64,000 nt of DNA, from sequence record OR529409.1; one strand, 5' to 3'. A program made the translations under genes and the position numbers. The notes under the pieces are model-generated. The model was not told the DNA's origin. It did not search any database and saw only the letters and a list, made by a program, of their open reading frames with translations. Positions 35,477 to 45,137 of the stretch are shown piece by piece (the first letter of the stretch is position 1; every line of letters begins with the position of its first letter).

Positions 35477-35925
35477 GTAGAAAATCTATTGTATTGCGTC
35501 TTCCGGCTTCAACTGTTGCCGACCTCAAGGAATTCGACGAAGAAGCGCAACTGCTTCTCCTTACTACCGGCCTGACTCTGGCCAAACGACCTGCTCAGGA
35601 GCTCGTTAAAGAAGACGAGGATACCGACCCTCGCTCCATCATTTCCAAAGAGGTCGACGATATCCTCGAAACCATCGACGACAATTACGACGATGACGAT
35701 TCTGACGGTGATGATGATGAATCGGCAGAAGCCCGTAAGGATGAACAACGTACGGTGATTCATCAGCAAATGGCTGACTTCATCGAAGAGTTTGTTGGGT
35801 TGCTGACCGACCCTCAAAGTGAAAACTGCGGCGTATTGGCGGCCATCGCGCTGGAAGAACTCGACACCCCTATCAGCTGGGCTGCTGATGACAAAACTGG
35901 CCTGACCACGATTGTATACGGCTGA
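35473..35925 (+). CDS. Acidic hypothetical protein (phiKZ gp79-like position)
   Basis: ATGA overlap at 35473, D/E-rich tract, optimised codons. Confidence 0.7.
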   Translation: MSRKSIVLRLPASTVADLKEFDEEAQLLLLTTGLTLAKRPAQELVKEDEDTDPRSIISKEVDDILETIDDNYDDDDSDGDDDESAEARKDEQRTVIHQQMADFIEEFVGLLTDPQSENCGVLAAIALEELDTPISWAADDKTGLTTIVYG

Positions 35926-35930
35926 CAGTA

Positions 35931-35959
35931 ATCCTCCTACCCCAATGGGGTAGGAGGAT
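35931..35959. terminator. Bidirectional terminator-like hairpin (CTCCTAC family)
   Basis: 13-bp stem between convergent genes. Confidence 0.8.
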
Positions 35960-35980
35960 CAGCTTATTTATTTTTTTTTT

Positions 35981-37273
35981 CTAGAAAAGTGAATCGTAAA
36001 GATTAAGTACAGTTGTTTCTACTTTAGAAACGTGGGCGTTTTTCATCTTAGTTAACATAAACCGAGTTGGTATGTTAACGACCTCACTACTTAAACGGTT
36101 GGCCGATTTACCCAAAGAAACCCCACAACAAACTTTGCAATGGTTATCTTCTTTTGTCTGGCACAGATAAGGAACGCGCATCTTAACCGTACTACCTATC
36201 ATTTCGGTCTCAGTGCCCTCCAGAACGGTCGGTTTCCCATTCTTAAGGTAATAACCACCCTTCCAGTTCTTGAGACTGTAAGGGTCGATATAGACGTCTT
36301 CCGTATAGGTCGTCCCACAATCATCTTCAGCCACGATAATTCGTGAGGTTAAGCGCATCAGTTCTTTAACCCCTGCACCACCTTCACCCGTTGCCTTACC
36401 ACGGTCATAGGACGCGGAAACTGCGGTATTGATGTAGTGGGTAATTTGGTCGTAATTCCAAATCTCATTAAGGGGTTGTTTTATCAGAATAAACTCACCC
36501 GTGTTAAAGTCCCTTTCCAGACCAAAGACCAGGAACATTTTCTTACGGGCGTTATCGATAAATTTCTTATCAATGAAGAAATCAGAAGAAGCGCCGTTCA
36601 ATTGCTCTTCCATGTCGAGGTCTACGATCTGTTTGATGATGTTCGCTGCGACAATGGGGTCGTTCAACTCATGGGCGTGCTCTTTAAACAATCTCTCCCT
36701 TAGTGCAATGACCGCCTTACTTACGGTAACCGCTTGAATGCTTCCGGCTTTAGTAAAGATGTCATTTAAACCCATCAGATAGTTGGCTTGTTTAGTAAGC
36801 TTAAGACACTCGGTCACGCTTGCTTTACCAGCCGGTACCTCTTCGCCTGGCTGAGGGTCGTCTACCATTAATTCGGCGATGACGTCTTCAACTAATCTGC
36901 CAGTTATGAGCTTATTGTGGTACGGAGTTCTATTTTGGAACACTTCCCAGAAAAGACATCTGTTAAGCAGTAGAATCCCCATTGTGGTGGTAATACTCCC
37001 CTCAATACTCGGGTGCCATTTATTGTCTATCACCAACTTCTCGTGTTTGTAGAATAGCGGGTAAGCGAGATCCCCTTCTATTTCTATCGTGTCCCCGTCA
37101 TCGTTATAACACCAAAATCCGTTAGGGCTGCGATGAAGGAACCAGGGAGTTTTACCTAACAGAGTCTCGTTCTTTTCATTATCAGTAAGAATGGAAAAGG
37201 TACTCAGTATCCAGAGTTTCTTTTGATACATACGTCTCTCAAAACACTGGAAGAGGTAATCGATCTTATTCAT
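35981..37273 (-). CDS. Virion RNA polymerase beta' C-terminal subunit (phiKZ gp80-like)
   Basis: RGKATGEGG bridge-helix-like segment, EDDCGT, C-x7-C-x2-CCG Zn site and MLTKMKNAH. Confidence 0.85.
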   Translation of the reverse strand: MNKIDYLFQCFERRMYQKKLWILSTFSILTDNEKNETLLGKTPWFLHRSPNGFWCYNDDGDTIEIEGDLAYPLFYKHEKLVIDNKWHPSIEGSITTTMGILLLNRCLFWEVFQNRTPYHNKLITGRLVEDVIAELMVDDPQPGEEVPAGKASVTECLKLTKQANYLMGLNDIFTKAGSIQAVTVSKAVIALRERLFKEHAHELNDPIVAANIIKQIVDLDMEEQLNGASSDFFIDKKFIDNARKKMFLVFGLERDFNTGEFILIKQPLNEIWNYDQITHYINTAVSASYDRGKATGEGGAGVKELMRLTSRIIVAEDDCGTTYTEDVYIDPYSLKNWKGGYYLKNGKPTVLEGTETEMIGSTVKMRVPYLCQTKEDNHCKVCCGVSLGKSANRLSSEVVNIPTRFMLTKMKNAHVSKVETTVLNLYDSLF

Positions 37274-38150
37274 TGGTTAACCCCAGTTTTTTCACTAATC
37301 CGTCAGCGTAGTACAGACTTTCCACATCAGAGAAATCTTCTCCTAAGCGAGCAGAGAGTTTATCGAGGAAACTCTCATTGGTAATCCCGCTGCACAGCAT
37401 CAAACAAATGATTTCTTTAATGTATTTTTTAGGTTCAGTCTCTTTCATCTCGTTGAGTCGATCAAGGTAGTACTTGTAAATAACCAACCACCCGATACCT
37501 AATTTGCCCGCGCTAACAACGTGTTCCCACGCCAACGTTCCGCGTAAGAATTCTTTATTACCCCTGACTCGGTCGCTGACGTATTGAGGGACTTCAACGT
37601 CAGCATCAGGGTTAATCAACGACGTCCTTAAAACTTCTAACAGATGTTCAGAGACGTCAGAGATAATCATTTCGTACAGGCTGGTGTCCTCCAGATCAAG
37701 GAGCTTTTCGATCACCATTATGAAACGATCTTTTGTTTCTAAGTCAGCCGCTTCCAAAATAACACTCAATGACAGAAGATCCTCGTAACCATCCAAAATA
37801 TAAGCGACGTCGATGATATTAGTGAGTAGGGGAAGATGGTCTATGGTGATCTGATCTTTATCAATCTCAATGCCAAGTTCTGTAATGATTTGAATACTAT
37901 TAGCAATGAGGATATCCCTTACTGCGTTAGTCTGTTCCGTAACCGTCATTCCTTCGTCAATGAGTATTTCCAGGATTTGGTTTTGTACGGTTGTTTCTTC
38001 CTGACTAATCGCAATTAAATTATACGCTTTATCGAATGTATTGAAATTAAATTCGGTAATGGACTTAGCAAAGGCCAACCAGGTTTCTCCTAACTCAGAT
38101 GTCAGGATGCTGGCTTCAGTGAGGTCTATTGCTCGTTTTTCAAAAATCAT
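37266..38150 (-). CDS. Conserved hypothetical protein
   Basis: 294 aa, coupled to the vRNAP gene by an 8-nt overlap. Confidence 0.7.
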   Translation of the reverse strand: MIFEKRAIDLTEASILTSELGETWLAFAKSITEFNFNTFDKAYNLIAISQEETTVQNQILEILIDEGMTVTEQTNAVRDILIANSIQIITELGIEIDKDQITIDHLPLLTNIIDVAYILDGYEDLLSLSVILEAADLETKDRFIMVIEKLLDLEDTSLYEMIISDVSEHLLEVLRTSLINPDADVEVPQYVSDRVRGNKEFLRGTLAWEHVVSAGKLGIGWLVIYKYYLDRLNEMKETEPKKYIKEIICLMLCSGITNESFLDKLSARLGEDFSDVESLYYADGLVKKLGLTNE

Positions 38151-38193
38151 GGTTTAACCCCTGCTAAAGGTCGTGGGTAATAGGAGACATAAA

Positions 38194-38901
38194 ATGCGTA
38201 GTAGCCAGCAGAAAGCCAAGGCTAGTCACAAGAAAGCGATCAAAAATACTCACCGCAAGAAAAACTGCAGCGGAAAGAAGATCGTTTTAACTAAGAAACA
38301 GAAAGAAAGAAAAATGATTGAAACGATCACCGCGATGGCGAAAGCCGGGGATGTCTCCAGCGTTCAATTACTGGCTGCCGCCAGCGCCAAAGATAAGAGC
38401 GTTAAATCGGGAGAGCTTAAGACCAAGCAGCTTATCGAGTTGGTGGATGAAAATATTCAACAACTCATTATTTCCCACGCCCTTGTGGAAGGTGTTGCTG
38501 AATGTTTACACGAAGGGCTTATCGAAGATCCTGATAACGCCATCTCTGATAAAGTCAAAGAATGCGACGAATTGACTGTGCGTTGGATGGAAGACGCTAA
38601 TGCTGTTATTGCGCTCAGCCACACCGAACTCATTCCGGAAGATTACGTCGATATGGCCATTAGCTTTATGGCCAGCACTATCGGTATCATGTCCGATAGC
38701 TACCCTCGACTCATCGAATTAACCGAAGACATGAAATCGGTCATTAATAAGAAAATGGCTGAGATCATCGATGCGGTGAAAGCTGACTATCCGGACGCTA
38801 CCGAATTCGAACAGGTCTCCAAAATTCACCAGAAGCGAATGATGGAAATCATGCCGCTTTACGGCACCCCAGCGCCTGTAGAAGAAACTGAAACCGTTTA
38901 A
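38194..38901 (+). CDS. Hypothetical protein with a Lys-rich N-terminus
   Basis: ATG 38194 with AGGAG SD. Confidence 0.7.
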   Translation: MRSSQQKAKASHKKAIKNTHRKKNCSGKKIVLTKKQKERKMIETITAMAKAGDVSSVQLLAAASAKDKSVKSGELKTKQLIELVDENIQQLIISHALVEGVAECLHEGLIEDPDNAISDKVKECDELTVRWMEDANAVIALSHTELIPEDYVDMAISFMASTIGIMSDSYPRLIELTEDMKSVINKKMAEIIDAVKADYPDATEFEQVSKIHQKRMMEIMPLYGTPAPVEETETV

Positions 38902-38918
38902 TCATAGGACCGACATTT

Positions 38919-40535
38919 ATGTCTGAAGAAAACAACATTCCGGCCCAAGGGACGGCGCACGACAAGAACAACCACACGATGAGTCAGTTCCAGGAACCCA
39001 AAGATCTCAAGTTGGGGGTGTTCGATCCAAAAGAAGATAATAATTTCATTAAGGTCTTCTTAGGTGTTGACTCAGAAGAGTACAAGAAACTCTCTGGACT
39101 TATCTCAAGATGGCTGGAGTACAACTTCGTCCTCAACGAACCCAATGCCAAACCGGCTCAGATTAACGCGGTTAAAGATAAATACTTCGGGTATCTTAAA
39201 GAACAGTACCCGAACAAAACAGAAGAAGAAGTTAACGAGCTGGCTCAGTCATACTACAGCTTCGCAACCAACTTCACTGAAAATCTGTACCGCCGGAACG
39301 AAACCGTTAATGGGGCTAAAACGACTAACGTCTCTTTAAAAGCCCAGGGTATCGTCGAGGGAGACATCGTTGGCCGCGCGCCAGGGTTGGGTAAAAAGCT
39401 CCCTATGCGCGATATGATGCGTCGCCATTTCCGTCGCACCACTAACGAAGCGGAAAACTTCGACGTTCTCCTGCGTAACTCATTTATTCAGTTACGTATT
39501 TCTCGCCCAACCATTCTGGAACTGGGGCGTCTGCTGGAAGACATTCAGCTCGAAGTGAAAAACTACGTTCGTCAGGTTAATGGTAACTCATTAACTCTCG
39601 CTCGTATTTCTATCGCTCGGGTTATTTGGAAATTCGTTTCTGATCGCATCGTATCCTGCTCCGTCAAAGATACCGACGATTATTACGATCTCGCTAACAA
39701 CATCCTTTGGAGTGACTTTGGTGCGCTTTGCATCTCGTTACTTTCCGCATCGTCGTCCAAGGGTGTGAATTTTCAACTCGAGTGTCTTGCGAACAACTGC
39801 GACTGGGAAGAGTATCAGGTTATTGATCCTTCTCTCTTGCTTCGTCCTATTCCTGAGAATCTTTCAGAAGAGCAGTCTATCGCTCTGGGTAATATCGTTA
39901 ACGGGGTTCAGCGTTATTCCCGTGAAGAGATTACTAAACTTCAGAATAAGACCAAGTACGATTTCGATACCAAATTGATGTTCGACGAAGGCCGGCAGTA
40001 TTTCGAAATCGCTCCTCCAACGCTGTCTGTTGCGTTTGAAACCTTCGACATGTTCGTCGATAAAGTCATCCCTTCGATTCAGCAATTGCGCGCTAACACC
40101 ATCAACGATCAGGAGTATGCCGTTGCTCTGGCTAACCTCATCCAGAGTATCGCCGGTAGCGAATACGCCCATTGGGTTAAATCCTACGTGATTAACCCGG
40201 AGAGCGGCACAGACGGTGCACCTACTAAGTATGATCGTTTAGGCGAAGGTGGGTCTCGTGAGTTTAATGAAGGTCTCTTCGATATCCTCGATAGCGATGT
40301 TGAACTTTCCCAAGAACTCATCAAAAAGATCAACCGTATCGGTCCATCGATGACACTCACCATCATCGGGGTGCCGAACTATCATTGCCCTCGTTGCGCG
40401 AAATCAAGTTCTGAAAGCGGCATCACTTATAAAGGCATCACCCCTATTGATCCGCTTATGGCTTTTTTTACCCTAACCCAGTTGATGTTTATGGATCGGG
40501 TGGTGAATCTAAGCGGTCTCGACGCAACCCCTTAG
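38919..40535 (+). CDS. Putative tail/baseplate-hub assembly chaperone (G-type; T4 gp26-like Cys pairs)
   Basis: 538 aa with CxxxxC and CPRC. The C-terminal ...AFF is encoded by a T TTT TTT slippery heptamer. Function is inferred. Confidence 0.55.
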   Translation: MSEENNIPAQGTAHDKNNHTMSQFQEPKDLKLGVFDPKEDNNFIKVFLGVDSEEYKKLSGLISRWLEYNFVLNEPNAKPAQINAVKDKYFGYLKEQYPNKTEEEVNELAQSYYSFATNFTENLYRRNETVNGAKTTNVSLKAQGIVEGDIVGRAPGLGKKLPMRDMMRRHFRRTTNEAENFDVLLRNSFIQLRISRPTILELGRLLEDIQLEVKNYVRQVNGNSLTLARISIARVIWKFVSDRIVSCSVKDTDDYYDLANNILWSDFGALCISLLSASSSKGVNFQLECLANNCDWEEYQVIDPSLLLRPIPENLSEEQSIALGNIVNGVQRYSREEITKLQNKTKYDFDTKLMFDEGRQYFEIAPPTLSVAFETFDMFVDKVIPSIQQLRANTINDQEYAVALANLIQSIAGSEYAHWVKSYVINPESGTDGAPTKYDRLGEGGSREFNEGLFDILDSDVELSQELIKKINRIGPSMTLTIIGVPNYHCPRCAKSSSESGITYKGITPIDPLMAFFTLTQLMFMDRVVNLSGLDATP

Positions 40536-40582
40536 AGTTAACTACCTTTACTAACTCGCCTGATTATCTGCAGGCGAGTAAA

Positions 40583-40972
40583 ATGTTCTTAGGGAAGTCC
40601 ATTAAAACGATCACCCGCACAGAACTCAACGTCATCGATAGCAAATTAAATCGTATCGGCATGGGGTATGTGGGGCTGAGTAAAATGACTCCCTTCGATC
40701 CTATCAGTTGGGTAGAGGAAGAGCATGAGTATACTCACCCGTTCAGTCTTCAACGTCGCTTTTACGACTACGGTTATTTCCGCCTAAAAGAAATCTTTAC
40801 GTTAAACGAATACTTAAACATGGAAGCTTACCTTTTGGATAAGGCGATGAAGTACATTCGTTTAGGGGCCGATTCCAGATTAAAAGATGAAATCAGGCTC
40901 AATAAAGATAAAGCTGAGCCGGAAGCCAGTGAGGTCGAAAAAGTCATGAAAAACCTATTAGGTAAAGGATAG
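40583..40972 (+). CDS. Putative tail assembly chaperone T-portion, probably also expressed as a -1 frameshift fusion
   Basis: Its frame is open from the slippery site at 40463. No clear SD, and a 9-bp hairpin lies just upstream of the ATG. Confidence 0.55.
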   Translation: MFLGKSIKTITRTELNVIDSKLNRIGMGYVGLSKMTPFDPISWVEEEHEYTHPFSLQRRFYDYGYFRLKEIFTLNEYLNMEAYLLDKAMKYIRLGADSRLKDEIRLNKDKAEPEASEVEKVMKNLLGKG

Positions 40973-40977
40973 CGATT

Positions 40978-41559
40978 ATGTCTTATTCCAAACCTTCAAG
41001 TACTTCTATCACGCCAACCAATAAGGTGATCGAAGAAACCGAAGAAGCAGTTCAGCAACAAATCACCTTAGAAAAAGAAAATGTTCCTACCGTCGTCCTT
41101 GCCAGTGAGATGGTGGGTTCTAAAAGTAACGCAGTGACTGACGTTTTCGTAGAGGCCCTGACGCGCTATAAAAACGTATTAGCCGGTAACCTTGTTCTTA
41201 ACAAATCCCAGCTCAAAGAAGAGCAGGCTGCGTTTATGAACACAGTGAGTAACACGATGAATCTTGAGTTTAAAGATTACGTGTTAACCACCGATGCGTT
41301 GGTTCTTTTAATGCGTGATAACAAAGAAGCCTTCAACGAAAAGCGTCTGTACGAACTGTTTTATTATGTTCAAGGCGACTATTCTAAGAAGGCGGCTGAA
41401 CGTTACATGCGTTACATGTCGGCTTTGTATACCCTGTCCCAAAACCTTCGTAACCGTTCTCGAATCGGTAAGATGGTGGACATTGTCAGTCTTTCCTCTG
41501 GCTATACAACTAAAGCCGCTACGAATATCCAGAATTACTTCAACCGTAATTACGGTTAA
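40978..41559 (+). CDS. Conserved hypothetical protein
   Basis: 193 aa with AAGGA SD. Confidence 0.7.
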   Translation: MSYSKPSSTSITPTNKVIEETEEAVQQQITLEKENVPTVVLASEMVGSKSNAVTDVFVEALTRYKNVLAGNLVLNKSQLKEEQAAFMNTVSNTMNLEFKDYVLTTDALVLLMRDNKEAFNEKRLYELFYYVQGDYSKKAAERYMRYMSALYTLSQNLRNRSRIGKMVDIVSLSSGYTTKAATNIQNYFNRNYG

Positions 41560-41568
41560 TACTACTCC

Positions 41569-41602
41569 TACTACTCCTACCGCCTTGGCGGTAGGAGTAG
41601 TA
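41569..41602. terminator. Bidirectional terminator-like hairpin (CTCCTAC family)
   Basis: 16-bp stem between convergent genes, preceded by a direct copy of TACTACTCC. Confidence 0.8.
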
Positions 41603-41603
41603 T

Positions 41604-43325
41604 TTATGCTGCAAGTTTATTGTAAACTTTTTCGATCTCAGTAATGGTCGGGAATCTGTGAAGTGTAGTGCAGAGACTCAACGCATTTGCTTTAGGACTG
41701 CTGGCGTAGTTGACTCCGACTTCCCTGAATTGGAATCGATTCAACCCTTCAATTTTACACGCTTCCATACGTGTTGTTTTATTTGATACGTTCAGCGCCA
41801 CTGTTGCGGTTGGATAAGCACCAGTAACGTCGATATCATCAGTCAAACCACGACCACGACTTCTGATACCCGGCATGCCGATAAAGAGCGCTTTACCCAT
41901 GTCCTCATTCTTTTCAGTCTCCAACAACGCAATCCAATCTTTAAGATCTGGTTTAAGATCATCAAGCTCGTCTTTGCTTGTCGTTCCGCGAGTACCCCAA
42001 ACGTAACCGTTATCTTTAGCAACAAAAGACAGTTCATCGGAAATACATTTCGGCTGACTAGGGTAGTTAAAGAATTCAGACGATTTCAAAAGCATAGGTA
42101 ACGAGAGACTTAAGTCGTCCGTCTTTTCGTTAAGTTCTTCTATCGTGATGTTATCTTTGATGTTGTATATGCAATATTCAAAGATATGATTCTTTTGCAT
42201 GTAACGGTGCCAGTCGGGAGAACCTGCTGGTAAGTGACTACCCGATTCGGTATAGAGTTTACCTTCTATCCCATTATCTTGAGCGGTGAATTCCAATCCA
42301 TAAGAATCCTTCTTGCCCTGAGGAGCGCGTTTAATCGCATAGAAGGATGCAGCGTCCAACCATTGCCATGACGACATAGCTTGAACGGTAGGGAAACTTT
42401 CTTGCCACTCCAGAGGTTGTTTATCACCGTTCTCCTTGACCTTATGGGTTCTTCCTTTATTGAACCAATAATTCTGGAATTCTTCTGGGACATTCGGGTC
42501 GCTATAAACCGCAGCCGGATCAATGTTGTAAGCAAGTAATGCTTCCTCGTTCTTCTCCATATCGAACTTGGCGTTCCAAGATGCTATCCAATCAGGATGC
42601 CATTCATGCCAGCGCGCTACGTTACTTTCCACTACTTGAGCTTGGTTGTCGAAGAGCTCCCAAATCACAGTCGCGTTACGTCGTTTTAAAACATCCCCTA
42701 ACAGTCGTTCAGCTTCAGATTCTAAAGTCTCGATAATCTTCTTATCAGACATTCCATTAAAAATCCAACGAACTGCTGAGAAGTAAATCTTTTCTTTAAA
42801 CGTAGTCGACGCCATAATGATAGAGTCATCATTATTGTTGATCATGTTTGTTTCTACGTCATAAGCTGCCGTGGTATAAGACTCTGTCTCTTGGTATTTT
42901 GCCTGTGTCCTGAAATAGTAGTTCTTTATGAGTACCGGAGTGGTTTGCTCGCAACCGTAGACATATGGAGAGTTCTTCATAGTCAGCAGGTCGGCTTTTT
43001 TATCAGGTACCCCGTAGAGGATTCGGCTGATATTCATCGCCATACGAGCACGTGTGCTTTTAAAACTATCACATAATCGTTTGTCGATGTAGTCTTTCTT
43101 ATCTTTAAACTTACGGAATTTTTCTTTCGTGATATAAAAGTCGACAACGAGATCGGGAATACCTATCAGCGAATCAGACCGAGACCCGTCTTCATGGACA
43201 TTGGTTATTTTAACCAGGTTATAGTCTTTTAATTTGTCGTACCGTGATGTGCTGTAAGCAACTTTTTTACAAACTTTTCCAATGATAGGAGAGTCGTTTT
43301 TTTCTCCTGATCCTAGTGTAATCAT
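41604..43325 (-). CDS. Split family-B DNA polymerase, 3'-5' exonuclease + motif A subunit (phiKZ gp82-like)
   Basis: ExoI YDVET, ExoII SWNAKFD, ExoIII YCIYNIKD and polymerase motif A DIDVTGAYPT. Confidence 0.88.
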   Translation of the reverse strand: MITLGSGEKNDSPIIGKVCKKVAYSTSRYDKLKDYNLVKITNVHEDGSRSDSLIGIPDLVVDFYITKEKFRKFKDKKDYIDKRLCDSFKSTRARMAMNISRILYGVPDKKADLLTMKNSPYVYGCEQTTPVLIKNYYFRTQAKYQETESYTTAAYDVETNMINNNDDSIIMASTTFKEKIYFSAVRWIFNGMSDKKIIETLESEAERLLGDVLKRRNATVIWELFDNQAQVVESNVARWHEWHPDWIASWNAKFDMEKNEEALLAYNIDPAAVYSDPNVPEEFQNYWFNKGRTHKVKENGDKQPLEWQESFPTVQAMSSWQWLDAASFYAIKRAPQGKKDSYGLEFTAQDNGIEGKLYTESGSHLPAGSPDWHRYMQKNHIFEYCIYNIKDNITIEELNEKTDDLSLSLPMLLKSSEFFNYPSQPKCISDELSFVAKDNGYVWGTRGTTSKDELDDLKPDLKDWIALLETEKNEDMGKALFIGMPGIRSRGRGLTDDIDVTGAYPTATVALNVSNKTTRMEACKIEGLNRFQFREVGVNYASSPKANALSLCTTLHRFPTITEIEKVYNKLAA

Positions 43326-43403
43326 GGGCTCACCACATTTTATGAATGTTGAAGTTCTCTAAACAATTACGCTTATAGTTATTTTTAACAGAGGCCTTAT
43401 TAA

Positions 43404-44729
43404 ATGATTGACATCAGTTTTCTCCGTCCTGCTAAGGTGGGTGGGATGGAGTTTATGGATTTCCAATACACCAATTTCTTCGACGAACTCAGCAGGGCCT
43501 TTGATGACGTAATTGTCGAGGGTGAATTAAAGGAAATTCCTGATGAGGTTCTTGGGCTTGTGCGCAAGTATACCGGATTTAGCAATATCGAAATTAATTT
43601 GGTAGAGGTGGGCAATCTTGCTATTGAAGCCGGGTATTTAAATCCCAATAATGTGTTCAATATTGAGGATATTGAAAAATATCTTCCTCGGTCTGAGTCT
43701 ACTTTGTACCGTTGGTTTACCGGAAATAAACAAACGTTCTTTAAAGGTACAATAGATTATCAAACGGGATCTGTCGGCGGTGCTTACGCCGAACTACCCT
43801 TCCGCCTATTTGTCAATTCCCGCCTTAATACGTTTTTATCCAAATCGTTCCTGGACAAGTACAAGGCTAGTCACGGTCAGGCGTTAGCCGCTGCATTTAT
43901 TCATGAGTTGGGTCACGCGTTTGGTGCGATCATGATGATCCATCAATCCGTTTACGATGCCATCACCGTAAGAACAGCGGTTGATTTCTTTACTCGAGCT
44001 AAAACGCCTAAAGATCGCGTTACCGTAATAAAGGATGGTTACCGGTTACTCGACCCAGATGCTAAATCCGATCAGAAAATCGAAAGCGAAATCGCGAACG
44101 CCGAAGACGGTAATGAATTCGTTATTTTTCTGTCCAAGATAGCCTCGCAACGTAACCTCAAACGCAGTTTAAGCTTGGGCGTCACTAAGATGAACTCTGA
44201 GGTTGTTGCGGACGCTTATTCGGTCAGAATGGGGTGCGGACGATCTCTTGCCGTGGCAATAGGGTCAATAACTAAGAACAGTCATTTAGGTCAGCTTGTA
44301 CTTACTTTGCTGTTGTCCCTCATGACTGCGTTTTACAGCGCTTCTCTTTCTCTTACCGTCGGCGGTATCATGGGCGTCGGCGCTCTGGTAGTCTTCTCCT
44401 TGCTTTTTTACATGGGTAACAATACGCCGGATGTCTATAATTCAGAACACCGTAGAATGACCGACATTCTTACTCAGATGATCGGCAAGCTGAAAGATAA
44501 TAAATTTATTTCAGCTCAAGATAAACAAAAGTACTTGGGTCAGATTATCGAAACTCAGAAACTCATTGATGAGAACAAACCCTTCATTGAGGGTTCCGTT
44601 TTCCAATCGATGTGGATGTGGTTAAAGAGCGGATCCGATGCTAAGTTAACCAATATCGAACATTATACTTCGCTTATTGCTAACAGCAAAACGAATGTAT
44701 TGTCAGAACAATTTAATTCCCTTTCCTAG
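43404..44729 (+). CDS. Virion head protein (phiKZ gp84-like) with a zincin HExxH motif and a hydrophobic segment
   Basis: FIHELGH, downstream SEVVADAY and a long hydrophobic stretch. Starts the structural operon. Confidence 0.65.
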   Translation: MIDISFLRPAKVGGMEFMDFQYTNFFDELSRAFDDVIVEGELKEIPDEVLGLVRKYTGFSNIEINLVEVGNLAIEAGYLNPNNVFNIEDIEKYLPRSESTLYRWFTGNKQTFFKGTIDYQTGSVGGAYAELPFRLFVNSRLNTFLSKSFLDKYKASHGQALAAAFIHELGHAFGAIMMIHQSVYDAITVRTAVDFFTRAKTPKDRVTVIKDGYRLLDPDAKSDQKIESEIANAEDGNEFVIFLSKIASQRNLKRSLSLGVTKMNSEVVADAYSVRMGCGRSLAVAIGSITKNSHLGQLVLTLLLSLMTAFYSASLSLTVGGIMGVGALVVFSLLFYMGNNTPDVYNSEHRRMTDILTQMIGKLKDNKFISAQDKQKYLGQIIETQKLIDENKPFIEGSVFQSMWMWLKSGSDAKLTNIEHYTSLIANSKTNVLSEQFNSLS

Positions 44730-44738
44730 AGGTATGAC

Positions 44739-45137
44739 ATGTCACATTTAGCCCACACCATCACCCTGAAGAGCAAACTCTTAGAGTTGGGGGTTACTGA
44801 CCCTGCGGATCAAAAACGTATTGTTGAGAACGCTTATGTTCGTGCGCTGGTAAAATACCTGTTTACCTACAAATATGTTTTCTCCGGATACACCGAAGAA
44901 GTCGAATCCAATATTTACCGCCGTCTGGCCAAGTGGAATGAGATCTCGCCTATTAACGGCCCTTTCATTGTTGAGAAACTCAAAGCGATCGTTCGCAATC
45001 TGAAAAACGAAGCGCTGGCTGGCGGTCAGTTCACCCCAATTAAAAATGCGAACGAAACTTTCGATGAACTGAGTTCGGAAGAGTTTATCAAATTGATGGA
45101 CTGGTTGTTCGGAGAGATGGTGACCGGTAATGACTGA
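44739..45137 (+). CDS. Virion structural protein (gp85-like position)
   Basis: 132 aa with GAGG SD. Confidence 0.65.
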   Translation: MSHLAHTITLKSKLLELGVTDPADQKRIVENAYVRALVKYLFTYKYVFSGYTEEVESNIYRRLAKWNEISPINGPFIVEKLKAIVRNLKNEALAGGQFTPIKNANETFDELSSEEFIKLMDWLFGEMVTGND

